Source of the DNA: the human T2T-CHM13v2.0 reference genome, Homo sapiens
NCBI RefSeq assembly: GCF_009914755.1
Contig: NC_060947.1
Length of the DNA: 64,000 nucleotides
Reading direction: 5' to 3' (one strand)
The position numbers and the translations under genes are program-made. The number at the start of each line of letters is the position of its first letter. Position 1 is the first letter of the stretch. This document shows positions 1 through 13,900 of the stretch, one piece after another. The notes under the pieces are model-generated. The model ran no database searches. It was not told the DNA's origin and saw only the letters and a list, made by a program, of their open reading frames with translations.

Positions 1-1291
1 CGGTCCAGTGATCAATAATACAGTATCTCTACCAAAATTTGACATAATTGTTAAATGAAAATCTCTTGAGATTTGAGAAACCAATATGGAACTTGAATAA
101 AAGAATATTATCAAAACTCCAGAAAGATAAGTAATTACAAACTTATCTCCACAATGAGTTATAAGTTATCAGAGGCACCCTGTTTCATTTTCCTTTGTTC
201 TGTCTGTGTTGAATATTAAATAGTTTTTACTATAGTATGTACTACAGTATGTACTATTACATACTATAGTATGTATACTTTAGCATGTATAGGATACTTT
301 AGCATGTAGTACTACATGTCTATTTACTATTAGACATATTCAATCTGAAATATTGGGATATTTGATCTAAAAAGGCCAGAAAAATTACCATCCTCCTAAT
401 CATTGCCTGAGGACAATTGAAAATCACTTAGCTGTATTTGCTGAACTGTGCTGGGAAGTTCAAATTAATTGGACCTGCTGAATAGAGCCCATCTGAAAAT
501 CAAATCGTCAATTCGATGTGAAAGATAATAAACAAATCTCCAATTTTCATTGCACTAAGTAAATCTGGACTTATTTATGTAAGTATCTAACAAGAAATTT
601 AAAAACAAAAACGTTTTCTTTCTATACAGAAGTTCATGTCAACAAAATCACAACTAGAATTCAGGCTGAAAGATCATTTTAGTTTATGAAGAAGTAATAC
701 AGAAATTGGCTTACTGTTTTGGTTTCCTGAAATATTTCTGCATTATGAGAAAAGCTGCTTATGCAATTGCATAAAGTTTTTCAGAAATTGTTAAGATAGA
801 CCCATAGGAAATAACTTTCTCTGTAATATACCCTACTTCTAACCTAGATATTTCATATTAATAAGAAGGACTTGTCATTGATAATTATTAGATATATATA
901 TTAACCTGTTAGAGTAAATAAAAGAATGTTTAGTTCACCTTTTCTGTTTGGATAATTTTTAAGGTAAAATATGGGAATGTACTTATTCTAAGAAAAGTAA
1001 TTATTTTCTTATTAATTTACTCATCGCTAAGCTATGAAAACTAATAGAAATTTAGCTATAAAAGTTGTGTTTTATCAGATGGGAAAATTTGAAGGCCAGT
1101 AGAGCTCTCTGTATCAACGCTTCTACCTATACAGAGTGCTCACACTGGGGCAGAAGTTAAGGCAAAGAAATAGTAGAATGGTATACAATAGTGACAAATA
1201 TTTGCCAAGCATTCATTTATGCATTTTGTATGTGCCAGCTCATTTAACTGTTACAAAAATCCTTAGAGGTATGCAATTTTATCTCTAAGAC

Positions 1292-1474
1292 AGAGTTAGG
1301 AAACTTCGTAAGGTACAGAATGCCCAGCTAAATTTTATTTTCAGATAAACAATAAATAATTTTTGGTGTAAATATATCCAAAATATTCTATAGGACACAC
1401 TTATTCTTAAAAAAATCATTGTTTAACTGCAACTTAAATGTTACTGAGCATCCTATGTTTTATTTGGAAACCCT
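1292..1474. mobile_element. MER53 palindromic hAT MITE inserted in a MIR
   Basis: gcccagctaaattttattttcagataaacaa...ttgtttaactgcaacttaaatgttactgagcatcct...aaccct matches the remembered MER53 consensus; MIR-like sequence on both sides. Confidence 0.75.
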
Positions 1475-2299
1475 ATGATAAAAGGCAGGTGAATTTTACG
1501 GATGACAAAATGGAGATACATAGGGTTTGAATGTAACACTGTAGCAGTATCAGAATTCAATTTTAGGTCTATCCATCTCCAAAGCCCCCAATTTTTCTAC
1601 CCTACTCCACTGTCTTATGTCACAGAAATTCTCTAGACTTAATTTGTTGATTTATACATGTATGTGTGTGTGTGTATTTCAACTATATTTTTCATATATA
1701 TTTTTTCATATGAAAAATATAGGTGAAAAGTCACCTCTTGACTTTTGGGGGGCTCTTTTTTATCCATGGTTACACAAGTTAATTATCCCTCTTTAGGTTC
1801 CCAGAAGTTTCATTCTGATCACGTAATCTCATGACTTGACTTAATAGAACTTTTCATGAAACTTGCTTTGTACTGAAAAGTCACTTTTTAAAATTTTACC
1901 ATTTTTTCTTCTGCTGCTGTAAAATATAACAATGCGAAGCCCTTAAGCACAGACTTCCTAGCTTCTCAACTTACCTGGGATAAAATAGTGATAGCATATT
2001 CAAAAACCTTTTAGGTGATCTGCTATTCTGAATAAAGCTGAGAGAAATTGAAGAAATTTACAAAACTTGAGAGAAGTTGGAAATGGTCTCTTAATTGAAA
2101 TATATTATTGACAGAAGGTAGAAATATACTCAATATCGAGGTAAGATTTGTCACTAAAACTGAGAGCAGAGTCCAGGAAAATAAGCCTCATGAAGCTCAT
2201 AAGAGAAGGAATGCTGAGATTGAAAGGGTCTAGGCACTCCCTCGTAAGGAAACCAAACAACTCCAAGTCTTATCCTCCATTTATTATTATTTGTTTGAC

Positions 2300-2476
2300 T
2301 TGGATGTTCATAAGAATCTTGTAGGGAGATTCTTTAAAATACAGACATCTGGGCTCTAAAACCAGAAATTATAATTGAGTAGGCTGGAGGTGAGGCCAAG
2401 ACATGTGCATTTGAGCAAGCTGTCTAGGTGATTCTGATATGGGTGGTTCATGAAACAAACTTCAGAAACACCACTA
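2300..2476. mobile_element. MER5-family hAT-Charlie element
   Basis: ggtgattctgatatg...ttcagaaacaccact terminal motif. Confidence 0.65.
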
Positions 2477-3552
2477 TGTATGTCTATGAGATCATTTTCA
2501 AGCTATAGAAATCCCTATACCAGGAGTTCACTGTCAACATTGGTTCCATAGGCAAACCTGGTAACTTTCTCAGGTCTGATCAAACTACTTCTCAGCCACT
2601 CTTAGTGTTCATTATCAGTGATGCTGCTGATTGATTCTCAAAGGTAGATCAATGAACCAGCTTTAATAGAATCAGATTGGAGAATTACTAAAAATATGGA
2701 TTCATTGGTGTTGAGAAATAGTATAATTAAACATTTGAAAGTCAAATATTAATGTCAGAGGAAAATTTGCAGTTAACTGAGAAAAAGTAGAAAATGTTCA
2801 ATCTTTTGATCATTTTTGTGGCTCAGATGTTAAGACAGGATGGCTTTTAATAAGCAAAGTCTTTCGTTTCTTGGCTTTGCAGATAACTGAGTTGAATACC
2901 AAAGATAGATGTTAGGATAATTGGCTATCCTTAATTAAAATAATAGTAATTATTTAAGAAATAATAATAACATAGAATCAAAATATTGGATGTGTAGCCT
3001 AAGGTGACAAGTAGCCTGGTCAAGGCCTTTTTCGAATGTTAGATTTTTCCAGAACATAGACACCTCTCAATATGGCTCTCTCCACCCTCTCTCCTCCAGA
3101 ACATTGTATGTTATTTGAATGGAAAATGGAAGAATTATAAGAAAGCTTAAGATATTGTTGACACATTGGTAATCACAAATGCATTAGTTTATTTGTACAT
3201 TTGCCTTTCTCTTTAAGTCAGTTTTGGAAGGCTATTACTGATTTTCATGCTGCATATCCATAGAATCTCATGAAATTCATTGTGTGGGCCAAGTGGTCTT
3301 GACTTTAATTTTTTCCCAAGAACCATTGAAAGATGTTCCTGGATAGCCTTATCTACAGGCCACATCCTCAGACCTATTGACTTAGAGCCCAGGAATTATT
3401 GTCTACTCACTATGTACTCTCTTCCCCTTAACCCCTCTGAATTCTGAGGAATTGAATTATACTGAATATTAATAACATTCTATTATTTCAAATACTTTAA
3501 ATATAAAAATGTTACAAACTGTCTTCTCTCAGAATACCAAGTGATTGTCCTC

Positions 3553-4478
3553 AATGTTAGTTTTCTATTGTTCTATAACAAATTACCACAAATTTAGCAG
3601 CTTAAAACAATACATCTTTATGTGCTTACAGTTTCTGAGGTCAGAAGTTTGCCATAGCATGACTGAGTTCTCTGTTCAGAATCTCACAAAGCTGAGCTCA
3701 AGGTGCTGACCAGTTACATTCTCACCTGGAGCTTGGGATCCTCTTCCAAGCTCATTCAGGTTGTTAGCAGAATTTAGTTCTATGTGGTTGTAGGACTGAG
3801 GTCCCCATTCCATTGTTGGCTATCATCTGGGGCTAATCTCAGCTATTAGAGACCTTCCACAACCCTTGCCATGTAGCCCCCTCCATCTTCAATGCCAGCA
3901 ACAGAGACTGTCCCTCACATTTCAAATTTCTTGCATTAGGAAGAGCTCAGTGCCTTTTTTTTTAATTTTATTTTTTTGATGGGTACATTGTAACTGTATA
4001 TATTTATGGAATACATGAAAGGTTTTGATACAGGCATACAAGATATGATAATTACATATTAGAAAATGGGGTATCCATCCCTTCAAGCATATATCCTTTG
4101 TGTTTCAAACAATGCAATTATACTCTTTTAGTTATTTTTTAAAATATACAATTAAATTACTATTGACTATAGTCACCCTGTTGTGCTATCAAATATTTGG
4201 TCTTATTCATTCTTTCTAACTATGTTTTTGGTGCCCCTAGTGTCATTTAAGGGTTCATCTGATTAGGTCTGACTCATCTAGTATAATCTCCCTATTTTAC
4301 CATCAACTGACTTGAGATCTTAATGACATCTGTGAAATTCCTTTTGCTGTGTAATCTAATATAATCATAGAAGAAATATCTTCTTATGTTCAAGGGTTCC
4401 ACTCACACTCATGGGCAGAAGATCACACAAGGGCCGATGAATGACATTGAGGGTCATCTGACAACCCTACTCAACACA
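3553..4478 (-). mobile_element. MLT1 (MaLR) LTR, split by an L1
   Basis: taacaaattaccacaaatttagcagcttaaaacaa start; the LTR resumes at ~4240 (taagggttcatctgattagg). Confidence 0.75.
3955..4236 (-). mobile_element. L1MA-type 3' end
   Basis: T tract, then gggtacat...ggggtatccatcccttcaagcat...tatagtcaccctgttgtgctatcaaat. Confidence 0.8.
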
Positions 4479-5246
4479 TTGATTTTATGCTTCTAAGTAA
4501 AATATGCAAAGCTTTAAAAGGCTGAAATACTTTGTTGTTTATCTTTGCACAGCTCTGTGAAGAGCATTGAGTTGACAGGTCTATTTCACAGAGAAGAAGA
4601 TGAGAATTTCTTGGGTTGCACTGCCATACTCTCTTGTGAAGCTGTTTATCAGCTTTCTTTCACAACCGGAAGATCAACTTTTAGCATTAGAGAAATGCAA
4701 TACACATAATTTGCATAAGTCTTGACAGTGTACTAAGTATATTCAAGCACACTTTCTTCATGTCCTCTTCACAACATTCCAATTGGTTCTATTTTATCGA
4801 CAAGGCACTGAGATCCAAAGATGTCACACAGTACCACAGAAGAGTAGTAGAGTGGGGACATGGGCACACAGTATTCCTTATAGGAACTCATAGCCCTCTG
4901 CTTTCCACTCCTCACAGCCCAACCGGCACCATAGAAAAGTTGCAAAGTAATACCCAGGCTGATTTAGAAGAAAATGAAGTTAAATTGAAGCTGCTACTGC
5001 TTCATAAATGGTATATTCTCCTGTTTTCTGTCAGCCCCTTGCAACATCCAGGGATCAAAATATGTTTTTTTTCTATTATTTGTACCCTCAAATGAGAACT
5101 TTATGAAACTCTTACAACTCACAGAGCATAACTCACAGATTAGAATGTGTAGGAGGCAATCTTTTCCAGTTTGTAAGTCTTTAAACTGGATTGAAGCCAC
5201 AAATATTAGCTTTTAGATATTAACTACCGAATGAGAAAAAAAAATC

Positions 5247-5296
5247 GTGTGTGCGTGTGTGGTGTGTGTGTGTGTGTGTGTGTGCATATGTGTGTG
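5247..5296. repeat. (TG)n microsatellite
   Basis: Directly visible. Confidence 0.9.
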
Positions 5297-5483
5297 CTTA
5301 TGCACAGATGCTTCAAGCTGGAGGGGGATGGCGAGGAAGGCCAAATGCCTGAAATCACACTACAGATGGATCTGCCTGCCCTGCTGATGCAAAAGGCTGG
5401 CCTGGGTTTAAGCTACTTACAAAAGTAAAGGAAGACTCTATTAACTATCCAGAATAACTTCCTTTGATGAATAAAATGTTCTT

Positions 5484-5632
5484 CTCTGTCCAATCTAGTA
5501 GCCACTAGCGACACGTGGCTAGTAAGCACTTGAATGTGGCTAGTATGACTGAGAAACTGAACTTATTATTTTACATAATTTTAATTGATTTAAATAGCCA
5601 CATGTACCTAAGAGCCACTGTATCGAACAGGG
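5484..5632. mobile_element. MER3-like hAT element
   Basis: ctgtccaat...gtagccactagcgacacgtggct...aaatagccacatg. Confidence 0.7.
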
Positions 5633-5799
5633 AAGATCTAGGCCCAAGGGTTAGTTAAGAAATCTGGAGATTTAGTCTTTTAAAGATAGTTATGTTTGTG
5701 TATTTATATTTTATTGAATACAAAAGATTTTAGGTGATTATAGAAAATCTATGAAGAATCTTACTTCACAAATCTAAAAATTTTACATATATTTTGGGC

Positions 5800-5983
5800 C
5801 AATGGTTCTCAAAGGGTGGTCCCTAGACCACCAGCAGCAGCATCCTCTAGGAACTTGTTAGAAATGTAAGTTATCAAACCTCACTCAAAACTTAAACCAG
5901 AGATTTGAAAGTAGGGAGTCCAGCAATCTACCTTTAAAGAGTCCTCCCAGGTGATTCTAATGCACTTTTGAAAATAACTATTG
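5800..5983 (+). mobile_element. MER5A
   Basis: caatggttctcaaagggtggtcc...cagcagcatc...ggaacttgttagaaatg...ggtgattctaatgcac. Confidence 0.8.
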
Positions 5984-6699
5984 TGGAGCAATAAGTGTAT
6001 TAAATTATCATTGAACACAAGTCATTGTCTTTACTAAATAGTTAAGTAAATAATTATGTAGTTCTTCAAAAGTATTTCAGATATCAATGACTCACATTTA
6101 TTTTATGATTATGTGTAAAATAGAATGAAAAAGCCAAGGAGGCACATCTTTCTAGGCTGATGGGTTGCTTATTCTATTGGCATATTTCCTGGGATCCTAA
6201 AGGTTGTCCCAGTGAGAGGAGTTCCTGTCAGATATTTTGTCATACAAAACGCTGCAGCAGCTTTCAGAATCCTGCCAAGGAGGGTTTCCTAAGGTGCATT
6301 GCTGCTTTGGGGGTAGAAAAAGGCTTCGAAGGTATCATTTGGTCTTAAGCCAACTGTGTCTGAAGCTGTTCAGTATCAGACCAACTATGTGAGAAGTGAA
6401 AATTTTCAATTAATCAGCCACCTTCATGTCTAGGACATTATTGGATAAGAGCTTTATTCCTTGTATTCTTTCTTTCCATTTTCAGTCTTTTTATTTCCTC
6501 CAGTAAACAGACTGAAAATAGCCATTGTTTAAAGATCAAACTTCTAATTTGTAAAGGGGTAGCATTTTATAACAAAAGCACAGCTCAAAATCCATTTTGC
6601 CATCCAGAAGAATCTCATTTCATTTTTCATTGAAAATGATCTTGCCTATTTTAATTTAATATATTTTAAGGAATGACCTTGTGCTAAGTGCCAGAGGGC

Positions 6700-6870
6700 T
6701 ATGGTAGAAAAAATATGGGATTAAAATCATGCTGATGCAGGTGTGAAATCCAAGAAGCATGCTACCTGTATCCCCTTGAGCAAATTATTTAATGACTATG
6801 AGCCTCAGTTTACTCATCTACAAAATGGAGCTAATAACACAACTCAGAATGATTACGTAAATTTTTTAAA
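6700..6870 (+). mobile_element. MIR
   Basis: MIR core gagcctcagtttactcatctacaaaatgg. Confidence 0.7.
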
Positions 6871-7269
6871 TAATAAAACAATATTTTTTAATAATAAAAA
6901 AATTATTCAAAAATGTTACCAAAGCAGAAATCCACAAGAAAGGAAACATTATGGTTAAAATGGATATTTTCTGTGAATGAAGCCAACATATTTTAATAAT
7001 ATTATTAGTTGGAAAATACTCTTTTATTCTCTTGATACTTTTTTCATTAAAAAACAATTAAACTAATAAATCCCATTTCTCTATTTAACTGAAGGTTTTC
7101 ATTACTTTCAAGCATTTCTTCTCAGATAATTACATTCCTGATGTAGATACTTATTTTCAATTTCATTTGATCCTTAGTGCCTGCTGTAGTGTTTGATGGT
7201 TTATTAATCTATATTTTAATGTTTAGGAATTAAATAATTGATAACATACATTCTTCTGTTCCATTAATT

Positions 7270-7870
7270 TAGTGTTTTATTTTGGTATAATTTCACACTT
7301 ACAGAAAAGTTGCAAGAAAATCCCCTTATTCCCATCACTGCATTTCTCAATTGTTTATATCTGCATTTTACCCTATTTGCTTTAACATTCTCATTTTATA
7401 TATATAAAACATAATACAAATGTGTATATATGTATGCACATATACGTATGTATATATATATAGTATATGTACATACATATGTATACATATATACACATTA
7501 TTCTGTGTCCATTTCTTAAGAACAAGTGTATTTTTTTATGTAACCACAGTACAGGAAATTTAACATTGATACAACACCATTATCTAAACCTCAGCTCATA
7601 TTCTATTCCTGTCAATTTTCCCAATAATCTCCTTTTTATCTATCCCCTTCACGCCAAGTCTGGAATCCAATCAACGTCATGCTTTCATTTACTTGTCATG
7701 CCTCTTTAGTCTCCTTATCCTTTATTCTGGAACAGCTCCTCAGCCTTTCTTTGTATTTTTTGACCTTGACATTTTGGAAAACTACAATTATTCTGTAGAG
7801 TACTTGTCTGCTGGTTTTTATGGCTATATTCTGTTTGTACATCTGTGGCAGGAATAGAAATAAAGTGTTT
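7270..7870 (-). mobile_element. Old L1M (L1MC/MD-like) 3' fragment with TA-rich insert
   Basis: ataatttcacacttacagaaaagttgcaag; ggaaatttaacattgatacaa; ctggaacagctcctcagcctttct. Confidence 0.65.
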
Positions 7871-10367
7871 CTAATCTATTCTTAATTATATGCTATAAAA
7901 AGTTACTTACATCCACACACAAGAGGTATGACATTTATCAAGACTTTATTTTCTCTAGATATGAATCACATAATTGATGCTCCAATGTTATCAGAAATAA
8001 TCTAGTATTGTGGAGGGTAAGAACTCAGATCCTAGAGCCAAACTGTTTTGGCTCCACAACTTTATAATTGCATAATATTGGCATGAAATTCCAATGCCGC
8101 AGGTTCCACATTTATGAAACAATATGTTAATTGCACCTACTTTATCTGCTTGATGTGAACATTTATTGTGATATTATTGCAAATCACTGAGTATGTTGCA
8201 TGACATATAGTGTGGCCCAATAATGCTAATGATCATTGGTGATATATATATACAATTTTATATATATACACACACATTTTTATGTAGTAAATATATTAAT
8301 ATGTATATATACAGCCTTTTTATTTTGATTTGTACCCAAATTTTGCTAGATAGATAAATGAGACATAGTTTAAAATCTTCAATTCCTGCCTTTCTACAGA
8401 GACATATCATTTGAAAGATCCAAACATTGTAATTACAGAGAAATAAATATATTTTAAAACATTTGCAAATCTAAAGTTATATATTTTTCATTTGAATATT
8501 TGTATGTTTTCTTAACTTCCTCCCACTTAGAAAAATAAATTAGTATTCTTTTGTTTTCTTAATCTATTTTTCTAAAAATACCAACCATAACTAGTCTCAA
8601 AATTAACAGTATTAACTCACCACTGTTGATAACATCTAACTGTATGGTGAAGTACTGTTTATATCATTTCCCTTTGTTCACTGTTCTGTAATCAATTTTA
8701 GCTTTTTTTGACAACACATTCTAACCAAAATAAATGGCTGGCTCTTGAAACAACCACTGCTATCCTCTATGTTCTCTCTCTCTCTTTCTCTCTCTCTCTC
8801 CCTCTCTCTTCCCTCACCTCCCTCTTTCTCTCCTGGTTTCTTGTCAATCCAGATGGAAGGGATCCTATGGAAAGGTTTGAGGAGTTCCCAAGAGACAATT
8901 GAGCCTCAAGATGGAAAGAGCCTGGATGCCGTAATTACACACAGCCTGGTGGAGCTCTTTACATGATCCTCCTAGACAATGCAAAAAGAGAATGCAATAT
9001 TGTACTGAGTCTCAGGTGCTTTCCGGCCCTCCCCACACACACTTTCACTTTTTTTGTAATCAGGGTATGTCTTAAAATGAAGGTGATAAGAAAGCAATGT
9101 GCCATCGCTTAATTAGAATAATTTGTTTTTTTCTTAAGTCTATGCAAAATGATGCATCTTACAATAAATGGCAGATTTGATGAAACGCTGAAAATTTTCA
9201 TGTGTTAAGACAATAAGATTATGAGAGATTTTTTTTTTTGTTTTGTTACAGCAGGCAGTATTAATTACTCTATTAGAAGTGGAATGTGGTTCCCAGAGAA
9301 AAAGAACAGTGTCAGCAAGCACCCGAGACTTAGACAGTTTTGTTTGTTTTAGAAGCTACAAGCAGTTAGGTCTGAGTGGGGTGTAAATTATGTAATGGCA
9401 AATGGCAGTAACTACTATCCGGCAGAATGTGACTGGAGCTAGTAAATGCTCTGATATTTAATAATGCATTTTCTTTTGATGGCAAACTGCATAATCAGGA
9501 ATATTTATTTGAATGATATTGTAGCTTTTTCAGTTAAGGTTTTAGTAGTGGAAGCATACTGTAAGAAATATTTTGAGGGGGATAAGCCAAATAATTAGCA
9601 TCAATATTCTATTTTGCTTGATCACTTATTAAGAATAGTCACACCTGTGGTATAAAATTATTTTACTGAAAACAAGGTTATGATATGTAAAGATTTTACT
9701 TGGTTTATATGTTTATTTTTATATAAAACATGTTCACACTGCAATGTCTCTTTGTTAACTCTAAACTTTTATTCTTAACTTTTGCCTGGAAGAAATGCAA
9801 ACTTAACAGATTTGTTGATGATTCCTTTAATACAATGTAGAACCTTAAGTGTATGCAAACTTAAATTTAGGAGCATCGGTAATCACAGATGCAATTCGGA
9901 CTTTATCCCTCTGGGCCTTAAGAAAAGCTCATTTCAGTAAAAGAAACAACATAGTTACACTTAAAAAAAAAACCTGAGGCAACTGACCCTAACATGGTGT
10001 TCTCAATAAAGTGGTAAAAATATTGATATACCTTCAACACCCTCCAAAAAAATTTAAAAAATGGAATAAACAGGTGCCTACTTAGCCAGAGGCAATAGAC
10101 TGAGGAATCACGCTTCTTCTATCACATTTGAGCTTTCCCAGTGATTCCTTGTGCCAATAAAGACATGGTAAAAAGCGACTTACAGGATCCATTGCCACAG
10201 GGAGTTAAGATATTCCCAGACAGGATTTGGGGTAGGTTCTGTCAATGTTCCCCCAGACTTTTAAATATGTATTTCCTTTTGTTCTGTTCTCTATAGTTTT
10301 CATCCGCAAAATGGAATTGTATTTTGTGCACTCTGATATATATATATATGTGTGTGTGTGTATATAT

Positions 10368-10565
10368 GTGTATGTACGTGTGTACACACATGTAACAACG
10401 TGTATGTACGTGTGTACACACATGTAACAACGTGTATGTACGTGTGTACACACATGTAACAACGTGTATGTACGTGTGTACACACATGTAACAACGTGTA
10501 TGTACGTGTGTACACACATGTAACAACGTGTATGTACGTGTGTACACACATGTAACAACGTGTAT
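10368..10565. repeat. 32-bp minisatellite, 6 identical copies
   Basis: Unit GTGTATGTACGTGTGTACACACATGTAACAAC starting at 10368, 10400, 10432, 10464, 10496 and 10528; preceded by (TA)n(TG)n. Confidence 0.97.
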
Positions 10566-11384
10566 ACAAGTTCTGTTATAAAATGAATAAAATAAAATGT
10601 TTTGGCTCTAATAACGATGCCATTCTCCAGGCTATCTCGTCTGGAGTGTTCCAAGCCGTATTTAGAGACACAGGATAAGGCAAGTGGTTGTCATGGAGTC
10701 TTAGTAGGTAAGATGTCAAATTCCCTCCTTTCTCAAATCAAACCAAGCATATCCACTTTTATGTATTTTATATGTTTGTATATACATGATATTTCATTAA
10801 AAAGTATTGTGAAAAAGCTTCTAAAGCCCATTAATATCCTGAATATCAGTAAAGCACCATAATTAAACAAGGGGACACGGGAGTCAATTTGCATTGAAAA
10901 TCTTCAACCAGCACTTTCTAAGTGCAGAAACTTGAGTGAATTACACTAACTCCCTGGATCTCAATTCCTTATAAAATAGGGTTAATAATTATTCCTCACT
11001 ACATTGATTTGAGGATTAAATTAAATGATACATGTAAAACTATGCTACACCAACTTCACATACTGGCTGTCTGTCCATGAACTACTACTACAGGCTGCAA
11101 TGCTACAAGGAGCTTATGCCAGAATGTGAACCAACTACATCACTAAGCACAGTATCCAATTTAGCTAACTTTTGTTTTTCACAGTGAGACTTTCTCAATG
11201 AAGGAAGCGGTGCATTGAGTTTCATTCTAGCACAAGGTCCTTGTCTAATTGAAGATTGGTCCTTAGGGAAGCACCAAATTTAAAAATACGTAGAAAACTG
11301 CCTGGTTAATCTAAGCGCTTAAGAAAGTTTCACCATGATGATGATAACTCTACCAAAGTTGGCATCCTCTAACACTGAGGTCAC

Positions 11385-11762
11385 TTTTTTATTATTATTT
11401 TACTTTAAGTTCTGGGATACACGTGCAGAATGTGCAGTTTTGTTACGTAGGTATACATGTGCCATGGTGGTTTGCTGCACCTATCAACCCGTCATCTAGG
11501 TTTTAAGCCCTGCATGCATTAGGTATTTGTCCTAATGCTCTCCCTCCCCTTGCCCCCTACCCCCCTACAGGCCCCAGTGTGTGATGTTCCCCTCCCTGTG
11601 TCCATGTGTTCTCATTGTTCAACTCCCACTTATCAGTGACAACATGCAGTGTTTGGTTTTCTGTTCCTGTGTCAGTTTGCTGAAAATGATGGTTTCCGGC
11701 TTCATCCATGTCTGTGCAAAGGACATGAACTCATTCTTTTTTACGGCTGCATAGTACTCCAT
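11385..11762 (-). mobile_element. 5'-truncated L1PA (L1PA7/8-like)
   Basis: L1 3' UTR (tactttaagttctgggatacacgtgcag...); degenerate TSD acactgaggtca / acaccaaggtca. Confidence 0.9.
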
Positions 11763-12248
11763 ACACCAAGGTCATTTTAATAAATTATTTATCTTATAAT
11801 CTTTATGGTTATTTGCCATTGTGATGCTGAAATAGGATAATCAAGAGGTATGATCTTACTACTTTCTCTCTAGAATTGTCCACTAAGAAGCACCATCCTT
11901 AACTGTACGCTCTCTATCCACCTATTCCAAGCTCCTACATGACTGCTCCTATCATGCTCCTTAATGTTTAATTCTCTGTACTATAATCTACCTGAGGAAG
12001 TTGTAGGTACACTGGAGCCAGCATAAGTTATTTGGGACACTGCTCTGAGATATTGAAGGTCCCTTGGCTTTATTTAGCAGTAGATTCTTCAGATTGAACT
12101 TCCTGAACTGTCATCAGTGAGTGCCTCATCCTTTAGCTTCCAAATTTATTAGATGAAGCACTTATGCATGTGACGAGAACAGTAATACAACACTGGTGTC
12201 TTCAAACAATCTAAACCCTTCTTTAAAAATAATTATTTCCAAAATTAG

Positions 12249-12449
<201 letters not shown>

Positions 12450-13099
12450 TAGGGACTACTATAATAATAAATAAAGTACCCATTGTCACTCTAGAAAAAG
12501 AGTTTTTGTCAGGACCATCCCAGGACAAACTACACTTAATTCTTTGGATTTCAGCTTTTATATGGAGAAGATTTGTTGAACTGCTATTTCCGAGCTATTG
12601 ATCCAGTCCTATGAAAAGGACTGCTAGATAATTTCTAGATTGAAATTCAGCTTAATACAGCAGCCAGGTCCCAATGCAATATGTCCCAATTTGCCTCTAA
12701 AATATCGTGAAGACGTATTCACAAAAGATGAAAAAAAGATTATATCACTGCCAAAGACTAAAACACTCTGAGAACTTTGTGCCATAACCTGGGGGAATTT
12801 TTTCAGTAATTCTCATGTGATGAAGCTGCAATCTCTGATCTCATGACCTGGAGGCTGCTGTGGTCCCTTTCTACCACTGAGCTGCCGAGAATAACAATTT
12901 GGATGCCTGCTAAAATAACCAACCCCAACATGCTTTATATGCCTGCAATCCTTGGTCACAGCCCAAAATATTAGCCACTCCTGTTATCTGTCTGCCTTAA
13001 GACTCGTATGCCCATGATGTTTTTTCTCACCTGGTTCTCCTTTTCACTTTGTCTGTACCTCTAGGGACTTTTCTCCGAGCCCTTCGTTATGGAGAAATG

Positions 13100-13900
13100 C
13101 CTTTAAATTCTCATTCCTTTCACTGAATATGCCATCCACTTCCCTGCCTTATATCTGGGCTACTTCAAAAGCCCAGCTATTCTCTAATACCTCCTCATGG
13201 CATACTGCTTATGCTCCACTATCTCGTGTATTTCAGAGAACACAGTGTATTCCACCACTACTTTCAGGATAGACGTCCCCAAATACCAAGCAATGCCTCT
13301 TTCCCTTTGACAATCATGTCATCTGTTATACTACCATTTACCATCATCTCAGTAAATCTGTCTTATTTATTAAAGACTTTAACACCTGCCTTACTTTTGC
13401 CTACTTTATCCCAGATCCTGCTATTATCATTGGTGATTTCAATGTCTAACTATCAAAACTTTAGGCTCTCAAGTACTTAATCTCCTTCTCTCCAGCAACC
13501 TTCAACTCATCATTACTTCAACTATCCACTCCAATGGAAGAATATTTCCTCACAGTGCTGTAGCACTGAAATCTTACAATTAAATCTTCTATTAACTAAC
13601 TTACATACCCACTATATCTACTATAACCATAATAAATTTCATTAGTTTTATGCTTAGACCTCATTGAGCCCTACTTGACCTATTTGCTTCCTCAGCACCT
13701 CTCATAAGCACCTGATTCCCACTATCATCTTTCCATATCCACTTTCAGATATATGCTTTAACATTTTAATCACTCATCAGCAATCTCCATAATGCATTTT
13801 TCTGCCATTATCCTACCATTTTACCTTCCTAACAGGTCCAAGGTTAGTAGAATGCTCTGCCTTTTCTGTATTTGCAATCTGGCTGAAAATGGCTGGCAAC
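13100..13900 (+). mobile_element. Degraded L2 fragment
   Basis: C/T-rich L2-like tract (cattggtgatttcaatgtc...ttctctccagcaacc). Confidence 0.45.

Noticed and set aside
4760-5095. 111-aa ORF
   Set aside because: Overlaps MIR-like sequence; no recognisable domain.
9330-9560. Unique-looking sequence that might be a conserved element or exon
   Set aside because: No ORF, splice pair or motif I can support without conservation data.
10205-10654. Repetitive ORFs (149, 101 and 89 aa) and a superficially CRISPR-like array
   Set aside because: These are translations of the 32-bp minisatellite. There are no unique spacers or cas genes, and the context is eukaryotic.
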